From Thermoproteota archaeon (GTDB lineage Archaea; Thermoproteota; Methanomethylicia; Culexarchaeales; Culexarchaeaceae): 64,000 nucleotides of DNA. Location: assembly GCA_020833005.1 (NCBI GenBank), contig JAJHRD010000001.1:71423-135422 (forward strand), read 5' to 3'. Positions 8,428 through 18,327 of the stretch are shown here, piece by piece. The position numbers and the translations under genes were made by a program. The notes below the pieces were generated by a model. That model was not told where the DNA came from. It searched no databases and saw nothing but the letters and a program-made list of their open reading frames with translations. Every line of letters begins with the position of its first letter. The stretch's first letter is position 1.

Positions 8428-10641
8428 TTATGGTGAAAGGAAGTCCTCAACTTTTGGCGGATTTGGAGGCAACCCCTTCCTCTTCCTAATCTGTCTAATC
8501 AATTCTTCAGCAAGTTGCTGAGGAACTACACCCCAATGGGAGAACTCAGTACTCCAGAAACATCTACCCTGTGTTGCACCTCTAATCTGATCAGATAAAT
8601 CAAAAGTTTCTGAAACAGGTATATGGCATCTAACAAACATCAATAACCTCTGATCTTCCATAGATATTATTTTACCTCTCTTGGAAGTTATGACACGGAG
8701 CAAACCACTAACAAACTCTTGAGGCACTTTAGCTTCCAACTTTAGAATAGGTTCCAAAAGTATTGGAGAGGCAGATAAGAAAGCTGCAAAGATTGCGTTT
8801 TTCGTCGCTGGCATTATTTGGGCTGGACCCCTATGAGCTGGATCTTCATGAACCATTGCATCCACTAACTTGACTTTAACACCTCTAATAGGTTCTTGAG
8901 CCAATGGACCTGCCTCCATAGACCATCTGAAAGCTGAAATCAAAGTATCTTTAATATCCCTTAAATATTGAATACCCTTTGTTACATCCACAAATATGTT
9001 CAAATACTGATCTATGGCCATTATACCCCTAGCTTCATCAGCATCCCACCCAGCTTCAGAACGTAAAATTTTAGCTCTTACACGCCAATCTTGATCTTCA
9101 TACACAGCACCAGTGCTAAGCAACTTCATAGTCACCTCATCTAATGGCTCAATACTAATGTATATACGGTTATGCTTATTTGGAGATTTACCTTCAATAG
9201 GTCCAGCAGACCCCTTAATACTCTCCCTATACACCACTATTGGTGGTGACACATCTACCTCCATACCCCCAGTTCTTTGACGTAAATCCCATAAGGCAAT
9301 TTCAAGATGCAAAGTTCCCATACCACTGATAAGGTATTCTCCAGTTTCCTCATTTATCTTGACGTGTAAAGTGGGATCTTCAATAGCCATTTTCCTTAAA
9401 GTGTCAACTAAACGTGGCAGATCAGCACTTTTCTTTGGCTCAATGGCCACAGTAACCACAGGCTCACTAATATAGACTAACTTTTCGAAAGGAACCATGG
9501 AATCCTTATAATCAATGCCAACCACAGTTTCCCCAGCCCTTGCATTATCCAATCCAAGTAAAGCCACAATGTTCCCAGCCAAAACTCTATCCACAACCTC
9601 CCTATATGGGCCCATGTACAAGCCAACTTGCTGAATTCTACCAGTACTTTTAGCCATCATAAGATATACTTCATCGCCACTGGTAGCTGTGCCGCTAAAA
9701 ACCCTTCCAGTAGCCACTAAACCTGCATGTGGATCAACAACCATTTTGCTTACACAGATAACCAATGGCCCCTTTGGATCACAATTAAGCATAGATTTAC
9801 CTATTTCACTATCAATATCACCACGCCAAATCTTTGGTATCCTATACTTCTGAGCAGCTCTTGGACTTGGAATATGCTGAACAACCATATCTAAAATTGC
9901 TCTATACAGTGGGAATTCATCAGCTAACTGGGAAACCTCCTCAGCCCCCTTCTCATAAGCTTTAACTATCTCACTAAATTTGATACCAGCCTTCTGAGCA
10001 ATAGGTATCGTTAAACCCCACTTATGAAGTGCAGAACCAAATGCCATTTGACCCTTCAATGGATTAATTTTCCAAGCATCTTTAAATTGAGGCTCAGCAT
10101 ATAATTCAATTAAATTATTGAAATCCCTAATTATCTCCATAAGTTTTTGTTGAACTTCCTCAGGAGTTAATTTAAGCTCCCTAATCAACCTATCAATCTT
10201 ATTAATATATAACAGCGGTCTTACACGCTCCTCTAACCCTTGCCTCACAACAGTTTCCGTCTGCGTCATAACACCTTCAACAGCATCAACAACGACTATG
10301 GCTCCATCCATAACTCGAAGGGACCTAGTTACATGACCAGTAAAATCAACATGACCAGGAGTGTCAACGAGGTTAATTAGATAAGCATTGCCATTATACT
10401 CGTGGTAAAGAGATACATTAGCCGCTTTTACAGTCATTTGCCTCATCTGCTCTATTGGCACGTAATCCAAAGCCAAAGCTTTACCGGCAACCTTAGGCGA
10501 AATAAGTCCAGCTGCCATTAGAAGAGAATCTGACAATGTAGTTTTGCCGTGATCCACATGAGCCAAAGTACCAATATTCCTAACATTATCCAGCTCATCC
10601 ATTATCTTCAAAATCTGCTCAGTAGTCTTGTACTTAACCAA
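8428..10641 (-). CDS. fusA: translation elongation factor 2 (aEF-2)
   Basis: 737 aa. G-domain AHVDHGKTT, DTPGHVDF; diphthamide-loop region HEDPAHRGPAQ. Apparent TTG start at 10641. Confidence 0.95.
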   Translation of the reverse strand: MVKYKTTEQILKIMDELDNVRNIGTLAHVDHGKTTLSDSLLMAAGLISPKVAGKALALDYVPIEQMRQMTVKAANVSLYHEYNGNAYLINLVDTPGHVDFTGHVTRSLRVMDGAIVVVDAVEGVMTQTETVVRQGLEERVRPLLYINKIDRLIRELKLTPEEVQQKLMEIIRDFNNLIELYAEPQFKDAWKINPLKGQMAFGSALHKWGLTIPIAQKAGIKFSEIVKAYEKGAEEVSQLADEFPLYRAILDMVVQHIPSPRAAQKYRIPKIWRGDIDSEIGKSMLNCDPKGPLVICVSKMVVDPHAGLVATGRVFSGTATSGDEVYLMMAKSTGRIQQVGLYMGPYREVVDRVLAGNIVALLGLDNARAGETVVGIDYKDSMVPFEKLVYISEPVVTVAIEPKKSADLPRLVDTLRKMAIEDPTLHVKINEETGEYLISGMGTLHLEIALWDLRQRTGGMEVDVSPPIVVYRESIKGSAGPIEGKSPNKHNRIYISIEPLDEVTMKLLSTGAVYEDQDWRVRAKILRSEAGWDADEARGIMAIDQYLNIFVDVTKGIQYLRDIKDTLISAFRWSMEAGPLAQEPIRGVKVKLVDAMVHEDPAHRGPAQIMPATKNAIFAAFLSASPILLEPILKLEAKVPQEFVSGLLRVITSKRGKIISMEDQRLLMFVRCHIPVSETFDLSDQIRGATQGRCFWSTEFSHWGVVPQQLAEELIRQIRKRKGLPPNPPKVEDFLSP

Positions 10642-10786
10642 TTACAGCACCCTCCTCAACAATTCAAAATCAAAAAGTAAGATGTCAAAGTCTTTTTTAA
10701 ACTTTACTGAAAACCAACTCCCAGCATCCAAAAGCTCTAAAAATAAATTATACTCCATAAAATTTATTGTAAATGGAGTGGGTAAT

Positions 10787-11584
10787 ATGAACACATTAAA
10801 GGAGTTAATGGAGGAAGCGGAAAAAACGCAGGTAGTAATGCCAGTAGGGGGGAAGGCTAAGAGGATGGGTTTACAAAATGTAAATAAGGCATTAATAAAA
10901 GTTGCTGGTAAAACACTACTTGAAAGAGAAATAGAATTATATAGGAATTGTGGATTCAAGAAGTTCAAATTACTAATAGGCCATTTAGGTGAAGAAGTTA
11001 TTGAGTATGCAGGTAATGGGGAGAAATGGGGGGTTGAAATACAATATTCGATGGATCCAAACGTTGAAAAAGTGGGTAAGGGAAAAGCTTTGAAAAATGC
11101 ATTAATAAATGGTGTTATAGAAAGAGATAAGAGAGCAATAATAACATTCCCAGACGATTTAAAACTAAACAGATTCCTACCGCTAATGTTGCTTGCACAA
11201 CACATATATGGTGTGGAGAAATATGGCATTCTCGCCACATCAGTACTGATAACTTCAACAACATACCCCTATGGCGTGGCTGAAATAGATGAAGTTGGAA
11301 GAATAAAGAGATTTGTAGAAAAACCACAATTAAACATATTAACACATATAGGAATGTGCATAATTGAACCAGAAGTATACCAATTAATAGATGAACTCAT
11401 AGATATAGGGAGGCAAGAGGCAGTAGAATATGAGGCAACAGTATTACCAGAACTAGCTAAAATGGGTAAATTGTACAGTTTAACTCTATATGCAAGTGAT
11501 AAGGATGATTGGATACCAATAAATACATTGAAAGAATTGGAGCAAGCGGAAAAATATCTTTCACAGAGATCCAAACCTCTATAG
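10787..11584 (+). CDS. sugar-phosphate nucleotidyltransferase (GlmU/RmlA-like N-terminal fold)
   Basis: VVMPVGGKAKRMG nucleotide-binding loop. Start set at ATG 10787 (SD GGAG 9 nt upstream) rather than track start 10628, which would overlap fusA. Confidence 0.6.
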   Translation: MNTLKELMEEAEKTQVVMPVGGKAKRMGLQNVNKALIKVAGKTLLEREIELYRNCGFKKFKLLIGHLGEEVIEYAGNGEKWGVEIQYSMDPNVEKVGKGKALKNALINGVIERDKRAIITFPDDLKLNRFLPLMLLAQHIYGVEKYGILATSVLITSTTYPYGVAEIDEVGRIKRFVEKPQLNILTHIGMCIIEPEVYQLIDELIDIGRQEAVEYEATVLPELAKMGKLYSLTLYASDKDDWIPINTLKELEQAEKYLSQRSKPL

Positions 11585-11961
11585 AATAGCTTTGGCTAGA
11601 ATTATTGAAGGCAATTATAGGGAAGTTAATCAATAGATTAGGTGTAGTGAAAAAGCACAGTAGAGGAAAATTAAAGCATTGACGCATATCTAGATGCTAA
11701 AGCACATTTAAAGTGAAACAACTAAAGCCTTAGAAATATGTTTAAAAGAAGTCTACTTTGTTAACATACGAACCAGAAATTTAAGAATTACTGCTAAATC
11801 TCAATGGAAAACCCAAGTACATCTCTATTCATACATAGTTGAAAAAGTTATGATCATGTTCAGACTTACTAAATATGAGATATGCGATGCAACATCTTCT
11901 TTAATCCCCCATAAAAAAAGGAGAAATTTGAGGATTGGTTTTTATTTAAAAATTGGAATAT

Positions 11962-12324
11962 TTATTTCGTAGTTATTGTATACTTGCATCCAAGAGGCTT
12001 TAAAGCTTCATCAATCTTAGATATAAGTAACTTTAATTGCTCAAAGGTTGGTGGAACAGTCCATTCAAAGTAGAAGTCATAATCACCGAGAGTCCATCCA
12101 CTTTTACTTATCATGTTCTCATAGTGTACACGTGCTTCCTCATCAGATACCCCCCACTTTTCAATAATTATTGACACAGCATCATCCCGTGATAATGCTG
12201 TTCCACCAAGAGTGTCATAGAATAGTACTTTGGGCAATTCTTTAGAGACTTCGACTGCAACTTTTTCCAAAGCTTTTAAAGCTTCCAATATTGGTGGTCC
12301 ATATATTTTAATGTAGGTTTTCAC
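11962..12324 (-). CDS. hypothetical protein, 120 aa
   Basis: ORF with coding-like composition; no family recognised. Confidence 0.35.
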   Translation of the reverse strand: MKTYIKIYGPPILEALKALEKVAVEVSKELPKVLFYDTLGGTALSRDDAVSIIIEKWGVSDEEARVHYENMISKSGWTLGDYDFYFEWTVPPTFEQLKLLISKIDEALKPLGCKYTITTK

Positions 12325-12399
12325 TTTTAATTACACCTCAAATAGAATTTATCAATGAAAACATTATAAACTTTATCCTTTACTTTAATGAAATTGTAA

Positions 12400-12870
12400 T
12401 TAGTTTGTTTTTATTTGGAATTGCCTTACAATGATTCCAGCGGATTTCAATAAATCCATGGAGACGGGATCTTCATATGAAGAATCGTAAACAACCTCCT
12501 TTATTTCGGCATTTATTATCATTTTTGCACATATAGAACAGGGGAAATCAGTAACATATAATGTTGCACCACGAGTGCTAACCCCGAAAACAGCAGCTTG
12601 TATTATTGCATTTTGCTCTGCATGAACTCCTCTGCAAAGCTCATGTCTCTGACCAGAGGGAACATTCAATTTATCCCTTAAACATCCAGTTTCAGAGCAG
12701 TGAGGCAACCCCTTTGGGGCACCATTATATCCAGTAGACAGAATATGTTTATCTTTAACTAGTACAGCGCCAACATTTCTTCTCAAACATGTTGATCTTT
12801 CCTTCACTATGTGGGCGATTTTCATAAAGTATTCATCCCATGATGGTCGAGCAGGAGTGTCCTTTTGCAA
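12400..12870 (-). CDS. dCMP/cytidine deaminase family zinc enzyme
   Basis: [12 protein letters not shown]...HAEQNAI...PCSICAKMI (H-A-E and PCxxC zinc ligands). Confidence 0.75.
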   Translation of the reverse strand: MQKDTPARPSWDEYFMKIAHIVKERSTCLRRNVGAVLVKDKHILSTGYNGAPKGLPHCSETGCLRDKLNVPSGQRHELCRGVHAEQNAIIQAAVFGVSTRGATLYVTDFPCSICAKMIINAEIKEVVYDSSYEDPVSMDLLKSAGIIVRQFQIKTN

Positions 12871-12910
12871 TTAAATCACCAATTAAAATGGTAATTGTAA
12901 AGGAGCAAAA

Positions 12911-13522
12911 TCATAGCCCCTCAAGAGTTGCATGCCTACTTTTTAAATCCTCTTCTGTTTTCCCCAATCTCTTCATAAGCTCACCCACTAAGGACTCTAG
13001 AAATATTGTGGCAGCTATTTCGAAGAGTGTTCCAAGTGGAGCTAATGGTTCATGTAAACCCAGTACTTGCCTAGAAAAGTAGTCGGTGGTTTCTGATATT
13101 TTAGTTCTACCGGGAACATAGACCACATGATCTGCCAATTGACCTAGAGGTGATTCTGGATGTGAGGTTATGGCTATAACTGTGCAACCAACTTTCTTCG
13201 CTGCTTGAGCAACATCAACCACTATTCCAGTACTACCAGAGCCAGATATTGCCAGTAGTACATCCCCCTTCCCAGCTGCTGGGGTTATTGTCTCCCCAAC
13301 TACATATACCTGAAATCCTAGATGCATTAATCTCATGGCGAAGGCTCTTGCCACAAGTCCAGATCTACCTGCACCTATAACGAAAATTGAATGTTTGGCT
13401 GCTTGAGCATATATCAAAATATTTATTAACTTTTCAACTTGAGCTTCATCTATAACGGAACCAAGCTTACTTATAAAAGTGACAATAACATTTAGAAACT
13501 CCTTCATAGCTTCGAGAGGCAT
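12911..13522 (-). CDS. SIS-domain sugar-phosphate isomerase (6-phospho-3-hexuloisomerase-like)
   Basis: VIGAGRSGLVARAFAMRL...ISGSGST SIS motifs; 203 aa. Confidence 0.65.
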   Translation of the reverse strand: MPLEAMKEFLNVIVTFISKLGSVIDEAQVEKLINILIYAQAAKHSIFVIGAGRSGLVARAFAMRLMHLGFQVYVVGETITPAAGKGDVLLAISGSGSTGIVVDVAQAAKKVGCTVIAITSHPESPLGQLADHVVYVPGRTKISETTDYFSRQVLGLHEPLAPLGTLFEIAATIFLESLVGELMKRLGKTEEDLKSRHATLEGL

Positions 13523-13546
13523 TAAATCCCTAATAAACTAACATCT

Positions 13547-14353
13547 TCAACCCTTAAAATCTTTCCATTTATCCAAACTTAAAGTGTTTTGCTTTGATGG
13601 CTCCCTTAAACCTTCAAACTTTGCATTAAAGAAATCCACCAGCTTCTCAGCTTTGCTCCTACTCAAACCCTTCACCGTAGAAAGCTCGACAGCCGATGCC
13701 AAAACGATATTCTTTATTGATCCAAATGTATTTAAAAGCCTAATAGCCAGTTTATGTCCAATGCCGGGAAAACTGCTAACAACCAATAATTGCTTTTCAC
13801 TTAAACTGGATGCTCTAGACTTACCCTTAACTATAATTGATTTCTTAAACTCACCTTGCTCATGTTTTACCATGGAAAACAAAAGTTCTGCAGTATCATA
13901 CTCATCCTTTGTGAAAAAGAAGGAAACACCCAAATTAAGCCATATCGTTGAAATGGTGCCGTGAAAGGCCTTAGCTCCAGCCTTAAGAGTAGTGTATGCA
14001 TAATCCACGTCACCCTCAACAATTATTGCAGACTTGTAATAAGATTGAGAAAGTCTACGTGCCTGATCAAAAATCCTACCTTCAACAACGCTATTAACAA
14101 AATCCTTAATATTCTTCCTCTCTACAGCACAATCGCTTGAAATTATATAATCACCGACGGGTAATTGGCGATATAAAACGTATAAACCCATCTCACTTAA
14201 GTATGAGGGAACCTTTGAACCCCTCTCCCGCTCATCAACCAATATCCTTAAAACGGACAAAAGGTATTCACCAAAATTTTTAAGTGAAAACAAGTTAATA
14301 TGCCATTCTGGTAATAAATAATGCTCAAAATGGGTGAAAAATATTTCATTCAA
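13547..14353 (-). CDS. xpf: XPF/ERCC4-family structure-specific nuclease (short crenarchaeal form with HhH2)
   Basis: ERCC4 signature VGDYIISSDCAVERKNIKD (GDxnERKx3D). C-terminal HhH2 LLNTFGSIKNIVLASAVELSTVKGLS. Confidence 0.75.
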   Translation of the reverse strand: MNEIFFTHFEHYLLPEWHINLFSLKNFGEYLLSVLRILVDERERGSKVPSYLSEMGLYVLYRQLPVGDYIISSDCAVERKNIKDFVNSVVEGRIFDQARRLSQSYYKSAIIVEGDVDYAYTTLKAGAKAFHGTISTIWLNLGVSFFFTKDEYDTAELLFSMVKHEQGEFKKSIIVKGKSRASSLSEKQLLVVSSFPGIGHKLAIRLLNTFGSIKNIVLASAVELSTVKGLSRSKAEKLVDFFNAKFEGLREPSKQNTLSLDKWKDFKG

Positions 14354-15460
14354 GGTAATATTGCTTGCGCAGAAGCTGCAATAATTGCTGGATGCAGATT
14401 TTTCGCAGCCTACCCAATAACGCCAGCATCAGAAATAGGTGAAAGACTATCCGAATTACTACCATCCGTTGGAGGTAGATTCATACAAATGGAAGATGAA
14501 ATAGCTTCAATAAATGCTGTGATAGGGGCAAGTTGGGCTGGAGCAAAAGCCATGACAGCAACCAGCGGTCCAGGATTCAGCTTAATGCAAGAGGGGATTG
14601 GATATGCATTCATGACTGAAACACCATGCGTGATAGTTGTTGTACAACGAGTTGGACCAGCCACTGGACAAGCCAGTAAAGGCGCTCAAGGAAACTTTTA
14701 TCAATCAAGATGGGGGACTCATGGAGATTATAGTGCAATAGTTTTAGCCCCCAATTCAGTTCAAGAAATGTTTGATTTAACGATAAAAGCATTTAATCAT
14801 GCTGAGGAGTATAGAACTCCAGTAATACTTCTCGCAGATGAATTAACTGCACACATGTTTGAACCAGTAGAAGTCCCGGAAAAAGTGGAGGTGAAGGAAA
14901 GAAGAATAGCCTTAGATAATTCTGAACCTTTCTTCGACTCCAAAGATCCATTAAAAGCGCCTCCAATGCCGAAGCTTGGTATAGGGTTAAATGTTCTCGT
15001 AACTGGATCAACGCATAATGAGTGGGGATACAGAGCAACATCAGATCCAATCGTACATAGAAAACTTATCACAAGGTTATATTATAAGATAGAGGGGAAT
15101 GCTAAAAGGATATGTGAATATGAATTAGATATCCATGATGGCTCCAAGATAGGGATAGTATCATATGGTTGCTCATCAAGATCAGCTTACGGAGCCATCG
15201 AAATTTTAAGTGAAGAAGGTTTGAAAATTTCTCATTTAAGGTTAAAAACGCTATGGCCATTCCCAGACTGGGCTGTTGAAGAATTATCAAGTAAAGTTGA
15301 TGTCATAATAGTGCCAGAATTAAGTTTAGGTCAACTGGTAAGAGAAGTGGAGAGGGCAGCCTATGATAAGACGAAAATAATATCTTTAACGAAGGTAGGG
15401 GGAGGGGAATTGATAAAACCACATGAGATAATTGAAGTCATAAGGAGGTTACAAAAATGA
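14321..15460 (+). CDS. korA: 2-oxoacid:ferredoxin oxidoreductase alpha subunit
   Basis: 379 aa with the typical KorA/PorA N-terminus; translationally coupled to korB (ATGA overlap). Confidence 0.85.
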   Translation: MLKMGEKYFIQGNIACAEAAIIAGCRFFAAYPITPASEIGERLSELLPSVGGRFIQMEDEIASINAVIGASWAGAKAMTATSGPGFSLMQEGIGYAFMTETPCVIVVVQRVGPATGQASKGAQGNFYQSRWGTHGDYSAIVLAPNSVQEMFDLTIKAFNHAEEYRTPVILLADELTAHMFEPVEVPEKVEVKERRIALDNSEPFFDSKDPLKAPPMPKLGIGLNVLVTGSTHNEWGYRATSDPIVHRKLITRLYYKIEGNAKRICEYELDIHDGSKIGIVSYGCSSRSAYGAIEILSEEGLKISHLRLKTLWPFPDWAVEELSSKVDVIIVPELSLGQLVREVERAAYDKTKIISLTKVGGGELIKPHEIIEVIRRLQK

Positions 15461-16227
15461 AGCACTATGCTATAAAGTATTTAAGAGAAGAAGTATTGCC
15501 AACACCATTCTGCCCAGGATGCGGAAATGGAATGATAATAAATGCACTATTCAAAGCATTAACTGAACTTGGATATGAAGATCTTAGAAACTTCGTATTC
15601 TGCAGTGGAATAGGCTGCGGAGCATGGATCCCCTCACCACACTTCAAAGCAGACACCATACATACACTACATGGAAGAGCAATCCCAGTAGCTACAGGAA
15701 TAAAGTTAATGAGACCGGAACTCAACGTGTTCGTTATAAGTGGAGATGGAGACCTAGCGGGGATAGGATTAAGCCACCTAATACACGCAGCTAGAAGAGA
15801 GCTTGGAATAAAAGTAATAATGGTAAACAATATGATATATGGAATGACCGGAGGGCAGGTATCCCCAACAACACCTAAAGGCGTAAAAACAACCACAACA
15901 CCATATGGAAACCTAGAAAAACCATTGGATGTAGCTAAAATAATGGCAGCCATGAAAGTCCCCTACGTCGCTAAATGGACAACATACCACATGATACCAT
16001 TAAAAAACTCGATAAAGAAGATAATTAATGTGGATAAATTCTCATTCATAGAGGTTATAAGTCAATGCCCAACAAACTATGGGAAGAATGTGGGATTCAG
16101 AAAACCATTCGAAATGCTAAAATGGTTTAAAGAGAATTCAATACCAATATCTAAGGCAAAGGATATGAAGGAAGAGGAACTTGAAGGAAAGATAATTGTT
16201 GGAGAATATGTAAATCAAATAGAGTGA
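15457..16227 (+). CDS. korB: 2-oxoacid:ferredoxin oxidoreductase beta subunit (TPP-binding)
   Basis: TPP motif GDGD...NN (ISGDGDLAGIG...MVNNMIYGMTGGQ); CPGCG N-terminal motif. Confidence 0.85.
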   Translation: MKHYAIKYLREEVLPTPFCPGCGNGMIINALFKALTELGYEDLRNFVFCSGIGCGAWIPSPHFKADTIHTLHGRAIPVATGIKLMRPELNVFVISGDGDLAGIGLSHLIHAARRELGIKVIMVNNMIYGMTGGQVSPTTPKGVKTTTTPYGNLEKPLDVAKIMAAMKVPYVAKWTTYHMIPLKNSIKKIINVDKFSFIEVISQCPTNYGKNVGFRKPFEMLKWFKENSIPISKAKDMKEEELEGKIIVGEYVNQIE

Positions 16228-16236
16228 GGTGAACTT

Positions 16237-16767
16237 ATGATCAAAATAAGGATTTGCGGATTTGGCGGACAAGGAATACTATTGGCAGGCGAAATACTAG
16301 GCACCGCAGCAATGATCGAAGGTAAATATTCCTCGGAAATGGGAAGCTACGGAGCAGAAGCCAGGGGAACTACAACTGTAAGTGATGTTATAATATCCGA
16401 TAGGAAAATAAGCTTCCCAGTAATCGATGAATGCGACATACTCATCGCAATGAGCCAACAAGCATTCAACGCAAACGCCAAATTTGTAAAAAGAGATGGC
16501 ATAATAATAATTGATGAAGACCTAGTTAAAATCCCAGAAAATTTAACCCAGAAAGTATTCAAAGTTAGGGCAACAAAAATCGCTGAGGAAAAGTTTGGAA
16601 GATTAGCTGCAAACATGATCATATTGGGATACTTAGCTGGAAAAACGAAGATTGTAAGTACAGAATCATTAAAGAAAGCTGTGAAAAGTAGAGTTACAAG
16701 AATGGTGGAAGCAAATCTAGCAGCCATAGATGAGGGAGCTAAACTAGCCCATGAAGAGGGAGTATAA
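16237..16767 (+). CDS. korC: 2-oxoacid:ferredoxin oxidoreductase gamma subunit
   Basis: 176 aa; ICGFGGQGILLAG motif of KorG/PorG. Confidence 0.8.
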   Translation: MIKIRICGFGGQGILLAGEILGTAAMIEGKYSSEMGSYGAEARGTTTVSDVIISDRKISFPVIDECDILIAMSQQAFNANAKFVKRDGIIIIDEDLVKIPENLTQKVFKVRATKIAEEKFGRLAANMIILGYLAGKTKIVSTESLKKAVKSRVTRMVEANLAAIDEGAKLAHEEGV

Positions 16768-17508
16768 GTTTAAATAATCTTCAATATGGAAGTAAAACTT
16801 TAGAAGTAGCATGAATACGGTAAATGAAACTATGATGAACAAAGCTATGTAATCCCTCCTTTTAAAAGACAACTCAATTAAACTACTCCTCTTTGGAGAA
16901 GCACCAAAAGCCCTCGATTCCATAGCTTCCGCAACACTCATAGATCTCCTTAATGCACTTACAATTAATGGAACCAGTATGGGAATATAATTCTTCAATT
17001 TCACTATGAAGTTCCCCTTTTCAAGCTCAAGCCCCCTAGATCTTTGAGCATCAATTATGATTTGAGCTTCCCTAGCTAATGTTGGAACAAACCTTATTGA
17101 CATAGTTAATGTAAGTGCAAAATCATAGGGTACACCAATATTCACAAGCATAAGAGCAAAGTCTTCTGGATATGTGGTCATGAAGAATATTGAAAATGAG
17201 GACATTAACAAAATTAACCTTAAAGTAATGGTTAAAGCCAAATAAAGGCCAGATACAAAATAGTTCAATGCAAAAACCAGTATTATGAATAATAGGGCCC
17301 CCCTCAAGCTTCTTAGATAATCTATAAGGGATTTGGCTAAATAGAAGAGTGGAATTGATGTCAAAAATAGTATTAAAAGTATCACGAAATTGTTGTATAT
17401 GAAGGATAATACCAAGTAGGATATGGAGAGCAGGAATTTAACGCGGGGATCTAATCTATGAATTATGGTATCACCACGTTTGAATTCAAAAGCTTTAAGA
17501 GTCATCAT
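16744..17508 (-). CDS. ecfT: ECF transporter transmembrane T component (EcfT/CbiQ)
   Basis: 254-aa hydrophobic protein 3' of two ABC ATPases; RxxA motif region ALRRSMSVAEAMESR. Confidence 0.7.
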   Translation of the reverse strand: MMTLKAFEFKRGDTIIHRLDPRVKFLLSISYLVLSFIYNNFVILLILFLTSIPLFYLAKSLIDYLRSLRGALLFIILVFALNYFVSGLYLALTITLRLILLMSSFSIFFMTTYPEDFALMLVNIGVPYDFALTLTMSIRFVPTLAREAQIIIDAQRSRGLELEKGNFIVKLKNYIPILVPLIVSALRRSMSVAEAMESRAFGASPKRSSLIELSFKRRDYIALFIIVSFTVFMLLLKFYFHIEDYLNLYSLFMG

Positions 17509-17514
17509 ACCCTT

Positions 17515-18327
17515 TCACCTACAAAGAACTTTTAGTATAGAGTCACGAACTTCTTGAACTAACAAAAGATCTTTAGGTATTCCAAATTCATGAAGGGAAT
17601 AAGCTATCTGAGTTACTTGAGGCAAAACAAGGTTTGCCTTTTTCATCAAATCTTCATCAGTCAATATTTTACGTGTACTACCATCAGCAATTACCCTACC
17701 AGAAGAGAGAAGTATGACTCTCGGGAAATTTTCAGCTACAAATTCAATATCATGGGTAACCACCACCACAGTTTTCAATTGTGTATGAAGTAATTTTATA
17801 AGTTGTGCAAGCTTCTCCTTCTGCATATAATCTTGACCCACTGTTGGTTCATCAAAAACTATTATATCAGGGTCATAGCATAATACTGATGCAATAGTAA
17901 CGCGCCTACGCTCACCCCCACTTAAAGTGAAGGGGGAGCGATCTCTCAAATCATATAAATCCAATAATTTTAGTACCTTCTCAACCCTCTCACTAATAAC
18001 TTCCTTTGGAAAACCAAAATTCTTCAATGCAAATGAAACCTCTTCCTCCACAGTTTCTGCGAATAACTGATGATCAGGATTTTGAAATACTAAACCAACC
18101 CGTCGTGAAAGTTGGGCAACAGTGGCGTATCTGGTATCAACCCCAAATACTTTTACATATCCACGTTTGGGCTTTAACAATCCATTGAAATGCTTAATTA
18201 GAGTAGTCTTTCCAGCACCATTCTCACCCATTATTGCAACAATTTCACCAGGATTTATTTCAAGGGATACTCCCTTTAAAACTGGATTATCATCATAATA
18301 AAACCATAAGTCATGTACCTCAATCAT
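17515..18327 (-). CDS. ecfA: ECF transporter ATPase subunit
   Basis: Walker A GENGAGKTT, signature LSGGERRR, Walker B IIVFDEP. Confidence 0.85.
   Translation of the reverse strand: MIEVHDLWFYYDDNPVLKGVSLEINPGEIVAIMGENGAGKTTLIKHFNGLLKPKRGYVKVFGVDTRYATVAQLSRRVGLVFQNPDHQLFAETVEEEVSFALKNFGFPKEVISERVEKVLKLLDLYDLRDRSPFTLSGGERRRVTIASVLCYDPDIIVFDEPTVGQDYMQKEKLAQLIKLLHTQLKTVVVVTHDIEFVAENFPRVILLSSGRVIADGSTRKILTDEDLMKKANLVLPQVTQIAYSLHEFGIPKDLLLVQEVRDSILKVLCR

Noticed and set aside
10628-10786. N-terminal 53-aa extension of the nucleotidyltransferase ORF
   Set aside because: It would overlap the fusA start and promoter region. The low-complexity sequence (NNSKSKSKMSKS) is not coding-like. ATG 10787 has a good SD at proper spacing.
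11585-11961. Searched the long spacer for box C/D (RUGAUGA...CUGA) or H/ACA motifs on both strands
   Set aside because: Only degenerate matches (ATGATCA, ATGAGA) without correctly spaced D/D' boxes or terminal stem.
14321-16767. Missing delta (ferredoxin) subunit of the 2-oxoacid:ferredoxin oxidoreductase considered as gene loss or a novel arrangement
   Set aside because: Three-subunit alpha-beta-gamma OFOR operons are known, and the delta subunit can be encoded elsewhere. It cannot be judged from one window.
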